Shown here piece after piece: positions 39,301-53,096 of a stretch of DNA of 64,000 bases (the stretch's first letter is position 1; every line of letters begins with the position of its first letter). The translations under genes were made by a program, and so were the position numbers. The notes under the pieces were generated by a model, which did not search any database, had not been told where the DNA came from, and saw nothing but the letters and a program-made list of their open reading frames with translations. The stretch comes from Hemiscyllium ocellatum (Eukaryota): assembly GCF_020745735.1 (NCBI RefSeq), contig NC_083424.1:29064999-29128998 (forward strand), given 5' to 3'.

Positions 39301-42300
39301 AAGAGTTATTTATGGGAATAATCACTATATTTTGTTTGTCTTTCCAACAATTTTGTGATGTGTTCAATTTCAATCTACCCGTAAATGATTATTTCTTAAT
39401 AAATGTCAAAATTCACTCCTCTAAGATCAGGTGATAGTAATTTGATTTCTTTTTCACGTTCTTTTGAATGTTCCAACATTTAAGGTTTATTTTTCCATGG
39501 CAGTTTTATTCCTTTCATGCCTTGAGGCATTGTCTTTCATGTGTTACAGTTAGTGATAAAATTCACTTTGCTATTTCATGCAAGTGTTCATTATTCATAT
39601 GAATATGGTCAATAAGTGTATGTAGGCTATGTGTCTTTGCAGCTTCAGTCCATCCTGTTCTTATCTGTTGTTGGCATGATTATTTTTAACCATGGCTAAG
39701 CGGTAATGATCAAAAGTGGAAAATAAGAGTGAATGTACCTCTTTACCTCTGGATGAGGCAGTGATTGTGTGGTTTGGGTGGGTGGGGGGAGTTTGGTGGA
39801 ACTCAACTGCAGCTCTTTTGAAGCTTGCTAATACAGTATTGTTCAGTGATCAGACCATGCCCATCCATCCATCTGGTTCAACTATTTGCTCAGTAAATTA
39901 ATTGACTTTCAAGGGAACAGCTTAGGTTTAAATAACTTTTCCCAACAAGTGCCTTGTTAACCCATCTGATTTTCCTAAATTGATGTATTAACTATTTGGC
40001 CCATTAATGTTGTAATTCACATTTTATACTTGGATCAATACTCATTTTTGGGTTTGACTTTTACATAAGTTTGGTTTTTCTTTGTGTTTAGTGTCTGGGA
40101 TATTATAAGCAGATCCATGAATCAAGTTCAAATAGTGCACCATTTTATAAGTATTTTAAAGCATCTCCCCATTTTGTCTAAGACTATTTTCACTTCACCC
40201 TGTATATTACGTGTTGCGCTTTTATAACTGTGTCATGTTGGCTAAATTTATTCATGCAGTATTCCCCTCCCAACAAATGCTCTATGGTGGCAACTGTGGC
40301 AAGAATTCTATTTCTGATTAAACATTTATATAAAAGTCCCATTCAATTGCTGCAAAAATGAGACTGACCAACTCCGTAGCCTTCTAAAATCTAATAAATT
40401 CAAGTAGTACCAACTTTTATTATGCAATAAAATTTATTTTCCAATATTAAGTATTAATTGCATTAGGAACCAAGTAGGGAAATAGCATTTTGAGCAAACC
40501 CTTATACATCTTTAAACATTGTATACTTGAAGCATATCCACATGATCCTTCATAATGCTGGTCATTCAGAATACAGTAATCCTACAAGTGGTACTTATTT
40601 CTAAAGTATTAAATGCATTGTTGACTGACTTAGAATGTAGAAAAGCAGCCATGTGTACTTAACAGCAATACAATAACACATTCTCAATTAATTGGACTTT
40701 AAAATTTGAAATGGCACTTTGAAGCTATATTTAATTTTGATTCATAGTTAATAATGGATCTTAAAATTTAATTTTCTCTGAATTTAAAAGGGCATGGCTA
40801 GATCTCGAGATTTCACATTTCCATTTCTCTAGCAGTGCTTATGTTGTGGGTTTGAGAGAAATGTTCAGTGAATTTGTGTATAGATGAATTTTTGGTTTAA
40901 AACACTTTTTGGTTGTTTTTGGGGTGGTATGGCCAATTCTCTACTTACTCCTCCCCAGTTGCATATTTTTGTCAAATGCTTAGCTAATTATTAAAGAAGC
41001 ATCTGAAAAATGCTTCACCTTTTGAAGTGTTTTAACTTCGGTGGACAAACTCTCATCTGAGATATTTGGCTGACTAACGCATTTGTTTTGCAGCCTTTTA
41101 ATCAATAATGACATTACCTATAAAAACTGCTTGAAGCTTTCTAGTTTATGCAGAAAGTCTTGACCATGCATTAAATGCTTCCTCTAAAGAATTACATTTC
41201 TATTCATGATTTTTAATTTAAACTATGGTGCCTAAGGTGGTTATTTAATATTTATCTAAAAATAATAGTGCACACAGGCCATTTGACCCACACCCCTGCG
41301 CCAACACTTTTAGTATGATCCAACTTGTCATAATTGATATTTGAAATGCTGTTTCATTAATGATTAATACTATACCTGTGATGAAGATATATTTCGAAGG
41401 TACTGAACTACAAGGTGCTCAGTGTCAGAAGATGTTTGTTTATAAAGTGATTTTAAAATATTTCCCTCATGCTAACTGTTGTGGATTTATGTTTTAGCAT
41501 AGTCAATCTGGAATATTAATTTGTGACTGGCTTAATTTTAGAATTATCACAAACTTGGACTGAGGTTCCTTTCAGCAGCATATGGGTTTGGGGTCATTTT
41601 TTTTTGAGGGGAAAAAAAATACTGGCTTAACTCTAAAACTTTAAAAGTTGTGCAGTCACAATATTTCTTGATGTATTAAACTTAATTTTCAATACTATCA
41701 AAATGATATCAGTATTATATCTATTTGATATTGTCCCTCTAATTGTCAGGCCATTGAAATGGTTATGCTGCAAAAGCAAAATGTAAATTTTTGTGCATTC
41801 GTTCATATATTCCACTTTTCTATTGGATGTGATGGTGGAGAAAGAAAGAGCATACTTAGATATTGAAAGTACAATTATTGAATTTCTATACTGAATTTTA
41901 AAAAATATGCTTTAAAGGTATTCACTTTGTTCTCACAGTTATGCCTCAGATTTTCTTTCTCTGCCTTCCATAGGGGAAAAGTGACTTTCTTTATCAAATC
42001 TGATTCTGAATTATATTGAAAATTACCATGATAGAAACCATTATTGTATTCAGAAATACTGTCTCTTTGGAAATAAGTAGGAATGGTTTGATCGTTTTTG
42101 ATGAGGTGTTCCTGTTACAACTTCTATTATATACGAATGGATACATGTTGAATTGGAAGGCTTTTTAAATTAAATGGTGTTAGCTTTTATTGATTGATGG
42201 GAGAGAATGTGCATCCATTTCTCAGTTTTATTCAGTATGAAAATTTAGGAATTTTGATTTTTACACTGCGTTTAAGAATGAATCTGCAATAGTTTTCCAT

Positions 42301-43022
42301 GCTGAAACAGCTTTGCAAAAATATTCCACACGTGTAGAGAATTTTTTCAGGTTTTATAAATCTCATTTTCCTTTTTAGGTCATCTATTTACCACTTAACT
42401 TCTGAGGGACAGTCAGTCAACTTGTTAGCTCCCATCTTTCTTGCTCGTATTGCTTTGTAACTCCTTGCTAAACAGTGCACGAATGAGGCCTTCATAATAT
42501 GCATTGATGTGCTTTAAATGGCTAGGAATGAAAACTTCAGTGAAATCCTGGATATGACCATGTAACTTTCAAACTCAGTCAGTGCACTGATTTTGGAGGT
42601 CTTGTGTGGCAATAATCTGTTTGCAGAATGATAGAATTAAAATTTGGAATGTATTTTGAAAAGCTTTTAAACTGTTTCTATATAAAATTATCAACCTGAA
42701 AATCTCCAACATTTGTGCCCATTATTGTAATCCATGCTGCATAATCCACGATCGTTTTGGTATTGTTGAAAGTTTGGCTGAAAGACAAAGATTCCTTGGT
42801 CATATTGAGGTTTTTTCAATGGAGCATTCTTTTCTATTATATTTCTCGCAAACTTAAGACCTAGCAGCTTGCCTTTTGTCAGATTGGTTACCACTTTTTT
42901 CAGAATATCTGTCTATAACTAGTTTGTCGTAATGAGGGACACCAATCTTTGTGAAACTGTGATAAGTTTAAAAAGGTGAAAAATGAAATCTAATATATAT
43001 ACACTTGCTGTTTTTGTTATAG

Positions 43023-43147
43023 ACACATCACCACCAGCAGAGCCAAATTCCCAAACTCCCCCAGAATTATCTCCAACTGATTTAGAGAAATCAGATATGC
43101 AGCCATTGGGAGTGAAAGAGAACACAGAGACTACCAAAGATACTCAG
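43023..43147 (+). CDS. BCL7A: BCL7A coding exon 5 (125 bp): (D)TSPPAEPNSQTPPELSPTDLEKSDMQPLGVKENTETTKDTQ
   Basis: Open frame between acceptor gtttttgttatag| and donor CAG|gtataa. Phase 1 in, phase 0 out, which joins exons 4 and 6. Weak similarity to the human exon (NSQ..., EK.D.QP.G). Confidence 0.87.
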
Positions 43148-43902
43148 GTATAAGTGATAGAGTTTTTACAATACTGCAAATGCTAGTCCTATTTGGAGCA
43201 ATAAATTATCTGAAACATTGAATGATAAGAGCGTACTTTTTAAAAATATACATTTGATCTATTATTTGGATATGAGTTTAAGAATACTCTTCTAATATAA
43301 CGAATCCAAAAAATCAACAGCATTTCCGAACAATTGACTAATTCAAATGCACATTAATTCTCATGTTCTTTGAAGTAAACTGATTTTGATACATAAAATA
43401 AAGCACCTTTGTGTTCATGGGCAAGCAATCTTATTAAAATGTCAAGTATATGTCCAATGAAGTCTGTTCTGGTTAGAATCATTAAATAATGCTTGCCCAG
43501 AATCATTTCATACTTAGGCTAAAGTTTATTATCAGTGACAATGTTGTAAATATAGTTTAATGTTCTTTGTAATCTCTCTCTCTGGTCAAATTAAACACAG
43601 AATAGCATTGACTGGAATATGTGCTGCTTTGCCTGAACTTCACTGCACATTTGCATTTTCTCTTACAGTTGAAGCATTGGATAGATAAATCATTCCATTT
43701 AAACTCACATGCACAAAAACAGTGTTGTATTAGTACTACTTTAGAATTAAAATGTGTCCTTGTCTATTGTGCAAAATTGTTTGGTTTGTTTGTGATTGAA
43801 CTTTGTACAATTTTTGCTAAAACTTTTATTGTGATCTTTTAAAAGTAACATCTGAGGGAGATTAATGCTGGTTTGGTAGTCAAACTTGATCTTTTTTCCT
43901 AG

Positions 43903-43977
43903 GAATCTGAAGATGGGGAACCACTTCCAAAAAAGATCAGAACAGAAACCTCTCAGCAGAGTGCTGAGGAGAGTTAG
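43903..43977 (+). CDS. BCL7A: BCL7A terminal coding exon 6: ESEDGEPLPKKIRTETSQQSAEES*
   Basis: Acceptor cttttttcctag|. Resembles the BCL7A C-terminus (P.KK....SQQ..EE). TAG stop at 43975-43977. Confidence 0.92.
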   Translation, partial: ESEDGEPLPKKIRTETSQQSAEES

Positions 43978-46900
43978 GCTGTCCAGAAACTCTGGGGTCA
44001 CTTTCCATGAAAAGGTACATCAACAGGCCTCAATTCAGACCGACCTTCTAGAAACTTTCACACATTATTGAACATGGAGGAACCACTGACCACAAACGAT
44101 TGTTGGGTCATAATCCAAGAAAATTTGGGAAGACTGGACAGACATGATGCTGACTAATTTCTCCTGTGAATACACATTCTAGTGATTTATATATTTAAAT
44201 TACTTTCACTGTTAAAGTTGGGTGGGGTGGGTAGAAGAAATGGACTCAGGAGGGTTTACGCACTGGTAGTTTATAAAACTTGTCAAGATCACATGTTTTT
44301 TGCTGCTGTATTTCATTTCTTTTATTTATGTTGTAAAATATTTAATGATGGTACAGGTCAGAATTAGTATACATGTGAAATCCATTATTCATGCCATTTT
44401 AATTCCATTTTTTGTGCCTGTTTTTTTAAAAAAAAACAATGACCACTATCTTACAGAAAGTGCCCTTTGTTTGTCTAGAAAGTAGTAAGATTCTGTTGTG
44501 ATCATGTTTAATCAGTGTAACGAAGTCTGAGCTATTGGTCCTTTTCGTGTTTGGCTTTGTAACTAAAACACTCTACAAGTATCTGAAATAGAAATCTGTT
44601 TCCTTGAATACAGCCATGTACAATAGGTTATTCCATTCATTTACTAATGGGAGAAAATATGGATTTCTGGATATGTTAGACTTGTTTAGTTGAAAATAAG
44701 TTTCTACACAAATGGTATCTATAGTGGATGTGTGATTGTATTCAACTTATAGGCTAACCAGGAATCTGGATGTAAAATGAAACTTTCAAATAGTGAATAG
44801 GATACATCCAGGATACTGTTCAGAATTTTAAAATAATTGATGAGCTGTCCTAATGCTTTGGTGAACTAATCTGATGAGTTGTTTCCTGGAGGTCCAAGAT
44901 TGTATGTCTCTTCCAAAAGTGTCTAACTGAATCTGTGCTGCTGTGAAGGACAATTGAGATTGTTCTTAGTCTACAGCAGATTTTAATGGTGCTTATGCAA
45001 GCCTGAGAGTAAAAGTGTCTTTGGATGATGCATGTTGTGGGATGTAAAGAAAGTATTAGTACTCTACCTTAGTTTGCATCTTCTGGAAAAAAAAAGTATT
45101 GAAATTCTTCTGTAGGCCATGCTTTGTTTGATCAGCTAATGCAAACAAACCTACTGAGTTTCTTCAGTAGTGAAAAAACTTGAATGAAGGTGATGAGGGT
45201 ATTAAATTTATTTTGTCGATTGTTACATTTTGAAGTAAAAAATAATTTGCAAGTGGGTCAGTTTCTCATATCACTTTGTGTAGTAAAGTGCAAATGAAAC
45301 CCCAAAGTTTAATTTGATTAAATCCTTGAAACATCTAAAAGCTGAGGCACTAAAGATGTGGAGGCAGATATGAACTTTGGGAACTCTATCTGAGATTGCT
45401 TACAAAATTCAACAAGCTCAATGTTTTAAATTTCCAATCTGAAAAGTTGATAGACTTCATACTGCATTCATTCTCATTTGAATGATAAGAGTAGTATTAG
45501 TAATTTAAAATGTTGATGATTGCATTTCCCTGTGGCAAGATATGTGTTACATCTTTGCATTAAATACTGTAACTGTTAAAACTACTTAAAGCCATTAGTG
45601 TTTATATTTATTTGAGGCTTTATTGATTTATTTTTGAAACGCAGGGTTCCAACATTAATATATGGAACTGAGCTCAAAGTTATGGTTGTATTCAAGGAAA
45701 TAAAATTAATGTGTAAACCTCCACTTCATTGCAGTTACCTTTTGCATAGTTGTTAGGTGCTTATGTGCTGAGAATGAGAACACATATATGGTTTTAACAA
45801 ATTGATTTGCTCAAGATTATCACTCACTCGCACTGACATGCCTGAGTTTTTCCATCTAAAATATTTCAAATAAAATTTTTGTTTAAAGTGATTTGAATAC
45901 TTGGTAATAAAATCAAACTCCGACAATATATATTCCCATTATAAGTGTTTGAAATTCTGTAACCTAGGCCACTTAGAAAATTCAAATTCTGGATCTGAAG
46001 TAATTTAGTTGGATAGGTTCAATTCATAGTAAATTGTTTATAATGTCAATTTGAAAATCTCAATTTTGCATCATTTTCTCCGGTGCCAGAGCAGCCCTGA
46101 GTGTCAACATTTGGTTCAGGCAGTGCAGCTACCCATATGGGCTTTGGGTTTAAATTTGCAAATCCAAGTTCAGTGCTGGTTGAGGCCCCAAGTGTAGAAT
46201 TAAAGTATAAATGAGTAGAGACTGTAAACTGCATGATCTGTCCAGTTGTATTAGTTTTGAGCAGCCTATCTTTAAGGGGACAGCTAAGATTGCACTGAAC
46301 AATGACCCAAGAAGTAGAGTTTTTTTCCATTGGAAAAGCAAGAATGGACCTCATTGCTCTGAAAACTACAGCTTGCTGGTACGTTTCAGGATCTATTTTC
46401 CTTCCCCACTCTTCCAGGCTCAGTCTATGAGCAGGGGAGCTCTAATTTCCTAAACTTCCCAAAGAGATAAACCACAGAGTACCCATTTGCTGCTTTGAGC
46501 TCATGGCAGCATTTAAACAAAGCCTGAAGCTGAATTTAGTTTAGGTTTTGGATCAGGACAGTGTAGCATTGCTTGACTGACTTTGCTGCAATTTTGGGTG
46601 CACATTTAATTGCTTCATTTTTGTTCTTTACCAGTTGGTTAGCAGATGTCTGGTGTTCTGATTTGTATTTTTAATTTCTGTATTTTGGGTGGGGAATGAG
46701 TGAAAGTTGGTGTTGAATTTATTACTTGGTTGTTTTCATGTTACAGAAACTGTGGAGGTGAAATGTCAGCATTGTTGCACATGAAGAGTATTTCTCATGG
46801 TTGTGGGACTACTTTGTGCATTACACTAGATTGGAGTAACTCAGGAACTGATTAGTACGTCTGGTTGTTTCATTTATGATCTCGTGCTCCAATTCAAATG

Positions 46901-48715
46901 AATAAAAGTTGAAAATGGTGCTTGCAAAATGTACCTAGTGAGTCTAGAGACCCAATTCACTGTATAAAGTGGCCCCAAAACCTGCCCAAATGTATAATTT
47001 GCATTTTTCATCAAAGTTTTAGTAAAATGCACAATGTGCCAATACTCGGCCATATTTTTAACTTGCATAGTTTTTCTTAAGATTATAATACTTTATGATG
47101 GGGACCTACTGCAGCTGAGTTGTCTCCTCAATTGAACCTGTTCTACTTTTGCATATAGAAATAAAGCTGTAATTTGGAAACAAGCTGAGTAGAATTGGAT
47201 CAATTTGCTGTTGTCCAACTGAACCAAATATCAAATGATATACAAATTCCTAAACAGAATTATATTGAATAATGACAGGAGAAATAGAATGGGTTTTTAG
47301 TATTGAAGGTGTATACTGTTTGAAAATTTCTATATAATACTTTGTCACGTGTGCATTAATTCAGTGCTTTTTGGACCTTTTGACAGTACTACTTTATATG
47401 GTAGGTCCATGGGGAAGATTTATTGGAAAATGCAAAGAAACATTTTTTAATTTACTCTTGCAGGACTTTCAAAAGTAATCCAAAAAAGAATGTTAACATC
47501 CCATTTTCCTTCAGGTAACTAGTTTAAAGAATTCTGGTTTAGTTATGATTTACTTTGGAACCTTGTTATAAACTACTGGGGACCGGCAACACACTTTTAA
47601 CTAGGTTTCAAAGTACTGGTCCTGTTTAACTTTACATGTTTTAGTTCTGTTTGCTATGAATGCATAAACCAAAAGCAGCTCAAGTTTTAGTGGCAAATTT
47701 ACTAAAAGTGGTGAGGTGTGTAGCAATCCCCAATGTTGAGTGTGATCTTTATGTAGGTATTTCTTAGTTTCAAGCCGGCTGCAGTGAAAGTTAGTTGTAT
47801 ACCTCGCGTCATGAAGGGGCTCAACGGTGTAATTTTTTTAAGCTATGAGCAACACTAATGAACTTTGTACATGTGGTATGAATTTTTATACAATTGGGTG
47901 TAGTCTTGCCTTCCATAACTAAGTTTGGGTTTTGCTATTAGAATTTCTGTACAGTGTAGATTGGGTATTGTCTTATTCCGTTTGAAACTAGTGCAGTTTA
48001 ATGTTCAAGAAAGCTTCTGGCTGTGTTTAAAAAAAAGATAAAATAGTTTTCATTCATTTAAAAATGAAATGCAGTGCCACAGTTAAAGCAGGAGAAGTTT
48101 ACCTTTATTGAAAACAAAAACTTGGGGGTCGTGCGAGTTTTTCTCTTACGCTTAAAAAAGTTGGAGCTTCTGTTACATTTTAGTTACCCCCGCAGCTTCT
48201 TCTATCTGAGGAATACTTTAAAACAAATCCCATCTTGTATCTGTGAAGTTGTTGTTTTGCAAGACTGAGATATTGCCAGGGCCAGAATGAGTGTTTTAAC
48301 TTTATCTAGAATTTTGATTTTCAATTTTCGCCTTTCAAGCTTGTACGTTAATAGAAATTGAAGCACCACATTCCAAATGTTTGTAGAAGTGCAGGCACTT
48401 ACTAATATATCAAAATAGCAGCAAACACTCTTGTTGTGATTTTAGGTCTTGAAATCCATGCCACTACTACATTCTAACTACAGCAAACTATATGAATACT
48501 GTCCGATTGTCAAAATAAAATAAATTTGTGATCAGATTGCCCATCTTTTAACAACAAGATTTTTAGAGACCGAAGCTATCATGAAAATACTTAACAATTT
48601 CCAACTGAAATGCAATGTGTTGTACAGCAGTATGTTTTCTTTATTTATTCTTGAGTATGGTTTGTACCATGTACAATGGCTTTGTTTTCATGAATAAAAA
48701 AAATTGTATAACACA
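43978..48715 (+). other. BCL7A: Probable long BCL7A 3' UTR (~4.7 kb)
   Basis: AT-rich stretch after the stop with no recognisable transposons, ending at a strong poly(A) context. The end point is inferred. Confidence 0.6.
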
Positions 48716-48750
48716 TTGTGTTTTTATTCAGTTATGTATTGTATTTTTAT
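48621..48750 (+). terminator. Probable distal polyadenylation site (AATAAA 48693-48698)
   Basis: AATAAA preceded by three TGTA (CFIm-type) motifs at ~48621, 48663 and 48670, and followed by a GT/T-rich downstream element (ttgtgtttttattc...tgtattgtattttt). Confidence 0.62.
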
Positions 48751-51039
48751 TTCCTATAAAATGACAAAAGGTTACAGATGATATGGAACCTGACCAAAAT
48801 TAAACTCTTTACAGGAACATATTGTGCTCATGTTGAAATTTTTTAATGATTACTAATGGGTTTTGAAGTAATAAAATCCTATGTATTTTTATCTGCCAAC
48901 ATTTTTCTTCCAGTGCATCTGAAGTTAGTTCAGAAGTAGTTGCAAATTTTCAGTCAGATCCTTCTGTCAGAAGTGACACTTGATTGTCAAAAAACATCTT
49001 AAAATTTGGAGAGAACTTAATAATATTGTGAAGCAAGTTAGATTACTAGAGTCTTAGTTAAGGCAAAGTGCACTTTAATGTTGCTACATCTCTTGACTTT
49101 GCTTCCAGGTTTTCTTTTTCATGGTTTTGATGAGGGAGGAGGGTGGTGGTGGTGTTGGATATTGCTGGGGTAAGCATTGTGTTAGGAACTTATTACCAAT
49201 TCATTTTTTTATTCTTGAATATTCATGATAGTTTTCAGCATTCATATGCAGAGTAATAAAAATTGGAAGAAAATGAAGGCTGGTTTAGTTTTTGCCTTTT
49301 GGATGTACTAGCCCTCATCAAGTAGGTGTTTTCGTTTACATAGTATTTTTTGCTATTATCTTGTATTTTTTTCCTCCAACCCATTATAGTTTGATTTTTA
49401 ACTTTTTTTATATTTAATATATTTTAATTGTATACTTTTCTGTTTTTAAGTGAAACTTGCCATTTAAGTATCAGTCAACTGTAGATGTTTTCATATAACT
49501 CTTTTTGGAAATATTTCATGTACTTATGATGTGTCAACCTATTTCAGTCCCAATGTATATATTTTCATTTGAGAAGCTTGAATCTTATTTTTTTCTGAAT
49601 GATTAATTGCTTTGTTGGATTTTCCTTTGATTTCCTTAAAATATACTAGACCCAGTTAGGACATCAGGTAGGATTTCTATTCACCTTGTATCAATGTACT
49701 TTAATTGCATGTTTTGTTGGGATAATCTCAATGTAACAGTATTCAATCTATTTCTAAAATTTCAGTGCAAGCTGAAGAGGCTGGTATGATTTCCCACTTC
49801 TGTTCCAACTTTGTTCTATTGTTCAATGAAGTAGGTGTATACTTCTAATTATTTAATTCATGGAGAGCATACTTGATGCCAGGAGTACATAAACCCATTT
49901 CCAGCAAGGTTTACTTAATGCAAAACAGCAAACTCTGGATAATCGGCTTGCTCACATTGATATCAATTAACTTTGCATAGTCCAGTAATCGAGCCTAGAA
50001 CCTAAATTTGTATAGCTTGGATCTGTTCTTGGTACTGTGTATTTACAAATTGAGCTAAGAGGGGCGAGGCAGGAAATGCAAAACCTAATGGCCTCTGCTT
50101 GATGAAGAACATAGCATTGGATTAAGCCGTTTAGCTCTTTGTGTCTATTCTGCCACGAGTTAAAGGTTTATGGCCTATCTGGACCCTAATTATATTTAAC
50201 TCATTTTTCCCATTTCTCTTGCCTCCTTTGGGTAATGAGCAATTTCAGATTTAAATTTAACAATTGATCTAGAATCAATTGCTCTTCACAGAAGACCATT
50301 TTAATTTTGTTGAATTTATTGTAGAAATACTTCTGTATTTCACTTCTGAAGCGCTTCGCTGTAACTGTTAAACATGCCCCTTGTCATAGTTCCTCACATG
50401 CACACACAGCAGAAAGTTTCACTCACTGTAGCTAGTTTGTTCCCTGATCTTAAACTATCAAATATTTCGTTAATTTCCAATTCCAACAGATGCAAATTTA
50501 GAGTATTTGTTCTTTAACCGTTGAACTCCAGTTATAATTCTGGTACATCTGCATTGCGATCCTTCAAGGGCAATACATCCATCCTAAGGTGAGTTCTGCA
50601 AAATGGTACCTAGGTGTGTTGAACCAGAGCTTTCTTTAATTGAATATTCTAGTCTTTTAAAGCACAGCAGCCCATTTGCTGTTCTGATTATTTTCCAATT
50701 ACCATAATCTGAACCTGGACCAATATTCTGTCTTAAGCTACATGGCCTTGAAACCTATCGGAAGGACCATGCAGTGGCTGGAGAAATGAGAGAGAACACA
50801 GACCTGGACCCATATCTTGCACATCTTTGCCCCCTCCTGTTTCACAATTTAGCACGTACTCCAGGCTCAAATTGGATCATCCCCCAATTGCCTGTTTTGC
50901 AATCTAGGATGAATATGTACAATGCAATATAAAAATGTGCTAACCAGTTTGTGGATGAAGCAGGATGAAATTGGGCAGACTGTTTTGATCAATTTTACAT
51001 TTACAATATAATTCGATCATATCCCACATTCTCATCTCT

Positions 51040-52640
51040 ATCTCAGAGTCACAGATGTACAGCACGGAGATAGACCCTTCGGTCCAACCAGATATCCCAA
51101 CCCAATCTAGTCCCACCTGCCAGCACCCGGCCCATATCCCTGCAACCCTTCCTATTCATATACCCATCCAGACGTCTTTTATATGTTGCAATTGTACTAG
51201 CCTCCACCACTTCCTCTGGCAGCTCATTCCATACACGTACCACCCTCTGTGTGAAAAAGTTGCCCCTTAGGTCCCTTGATATCTTGTCCCTCTCACCCTA
51301 AACCTATGCCCTCTAGTTCTGGACTCCCCGACCCTAGGGAAAGGACTTTGTCTATTTATCCTATTCATGCCCCTCATGATTTTATAAACTTCTAAGATCA
51401 TCCCTCAGCCTCTGATGCTCCAGGGAAAACAGCCCCAGCCTATTCAACCTCTCCCTATAGGTCAAACCCTCCAATCCCGGCAACATCCTTGTAAATTGTT
51501 TTTGAACCCTTTCAAGTCTCTCAGCATCCTTCTGATTGGAAGGAGACCAGAATTGCACACAATATTCCAAAAGTAGCCTAACCAATGTGCTGTACGGCTG
51601 CAACATGACTTCCCAACTCCTGACCAATAAAGGAAAGCATACCAAACGCCGCCTTCACTATTCTATCTATCTGCGACTCTACTTTCAAGGACCTGTGAAC
51701 CTGCACTTCCAGGTCTCTGTTCAGCAACACTCCCTAGGATCTTACCATTAAGTGTATAAGTCCTGCTAAGATTTGCTTTCCCAAAATGTAGCACCTCACA
51801 TTTATCTAAATTAAACTCCATCTGCCACTCCTCAGCCCATTGGCCCATCTGATCGAGATCCCATTTTAATTTGAGATAACCACCTTTGTTGTCTGCTAGA
51901 CCTCCAACTTTAGTGTCATCTGCAACCTTAACGATACCATTTGCGCTCACGTCCAAATCATTAATGTAAATGATAAAGTAGTGAACCCTGCACTGATCCT
52001 TGTGGCACTCCACTGATCACAGGCCTCCAGTCTGAAAAGCAACACCACCCTCTGTCTTCTACCTTCGAGCTAGTTCTGTATCCAAATGGCTAGTTCTCCC
52101 TGTTTTCCATGAGATCTCACCTTGCTAACCAGCCTCCCATGGGGAATCTTGTTTGAATGCCTTATAGAAGTCCATATAGATCACCCTGGGAGGCTCCCTG
52201 CCTCCAATCCTGATGAAGGACTTTTGCCTGAAACATTGATTTTCCTGCTCCTCGAATGCTGCCTGACCTGTTGTGCTTTTCCAGCACCACTCTAATCTAA
52301 ACTCAATATAGATGATGTCTACTGCTCTGCCCTCATCAATCCTCTTTGTTACTTCAAAAAAACTCAAGTTTGTGAGACATGATTTCCTACGCACAAAGCC
52401 ATGTTGACTATCCCTAATCAGTCCTTGCCTTTCCATATACATCCTGTCCCTCAGGATTCCCTCCAACAACTTGCCCATCACTGACGGCAGGATCACCGGT
52501 CCATAGTTCCCTGGCCTGTCCTTAACACCTTTCTTAAATAGTGTTACCACGTTTGCCAACCTCCAGTCTTCTGGCACCTCACCTGTGACTATTAATGATA
52601 CAAATATCTCAGTAAGAGGCCCTAGCTTCCCACAGAATTC
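51040..52640 (-). mobile_element. 5'-truncated CR1/HER1-type LINE with a nested Penelope-derived insert
   Basis: Minus-strand ORFs DWRLANV, SQHGF, VADDTK, LLEYCVQFWSP and WNELPEEVV. Confidence 0.92.
52185..52304 (+). mobile_element. Penelope pseudo-LTR insertion inside LINE RT
   Basis: cctgatgaagga...gaaac...gctgcctgacctg..ttccagcaccactctaatc; duplicated TC(C/A)ATATAGAT at 52171-52181 and 52303-52313. Confidence 0.85.
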
Positions 52641-53096
52641 TTATTAAAACTCACCAGGAGAGTGCTGCTCCTCATGTATATTGCATATTCATTATGATAC
52701 TGGGGCTGAAGGAGTTAAATTGGGGACCAATGTATAATTCTTCTTAGGATTAAAAAGATTAAGGAGTGATACAGTTGAGGTGTTTATGAAGATTAAAGGA
52801 TTTGATAGGATAAGTGGGAGTTTTCTTTAGGTGGAAGTACCAGAAACAGTACTTGTCATTTAAAATTGGATATTCGTCACAAAAAAAATGGATGTTTGCT
52901 TAGAAATCTGTTGTGGTTAGGTCAGTGATGAAATTCAAAACTAGTTCATTTTCTTTTTTGTTAACAAAGAATGTTGAGGATTCTGAATTAAGGCAGGTAG
53001 ACAGAGAGCCAAGCTATAGCTTAAACATGATCTAATTGGACAGCAGAATTGACCTGTTTCTGTAGTTTGATACTCAAGGTAGACAGTAGTGAAGAA

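Noticed and set aside
43886-44071. 61-aa ORF overlapping BCL7A exon 6
   Set aside because: Wrong frame for the phase-0 junction; the homologous frame stops at 43977.
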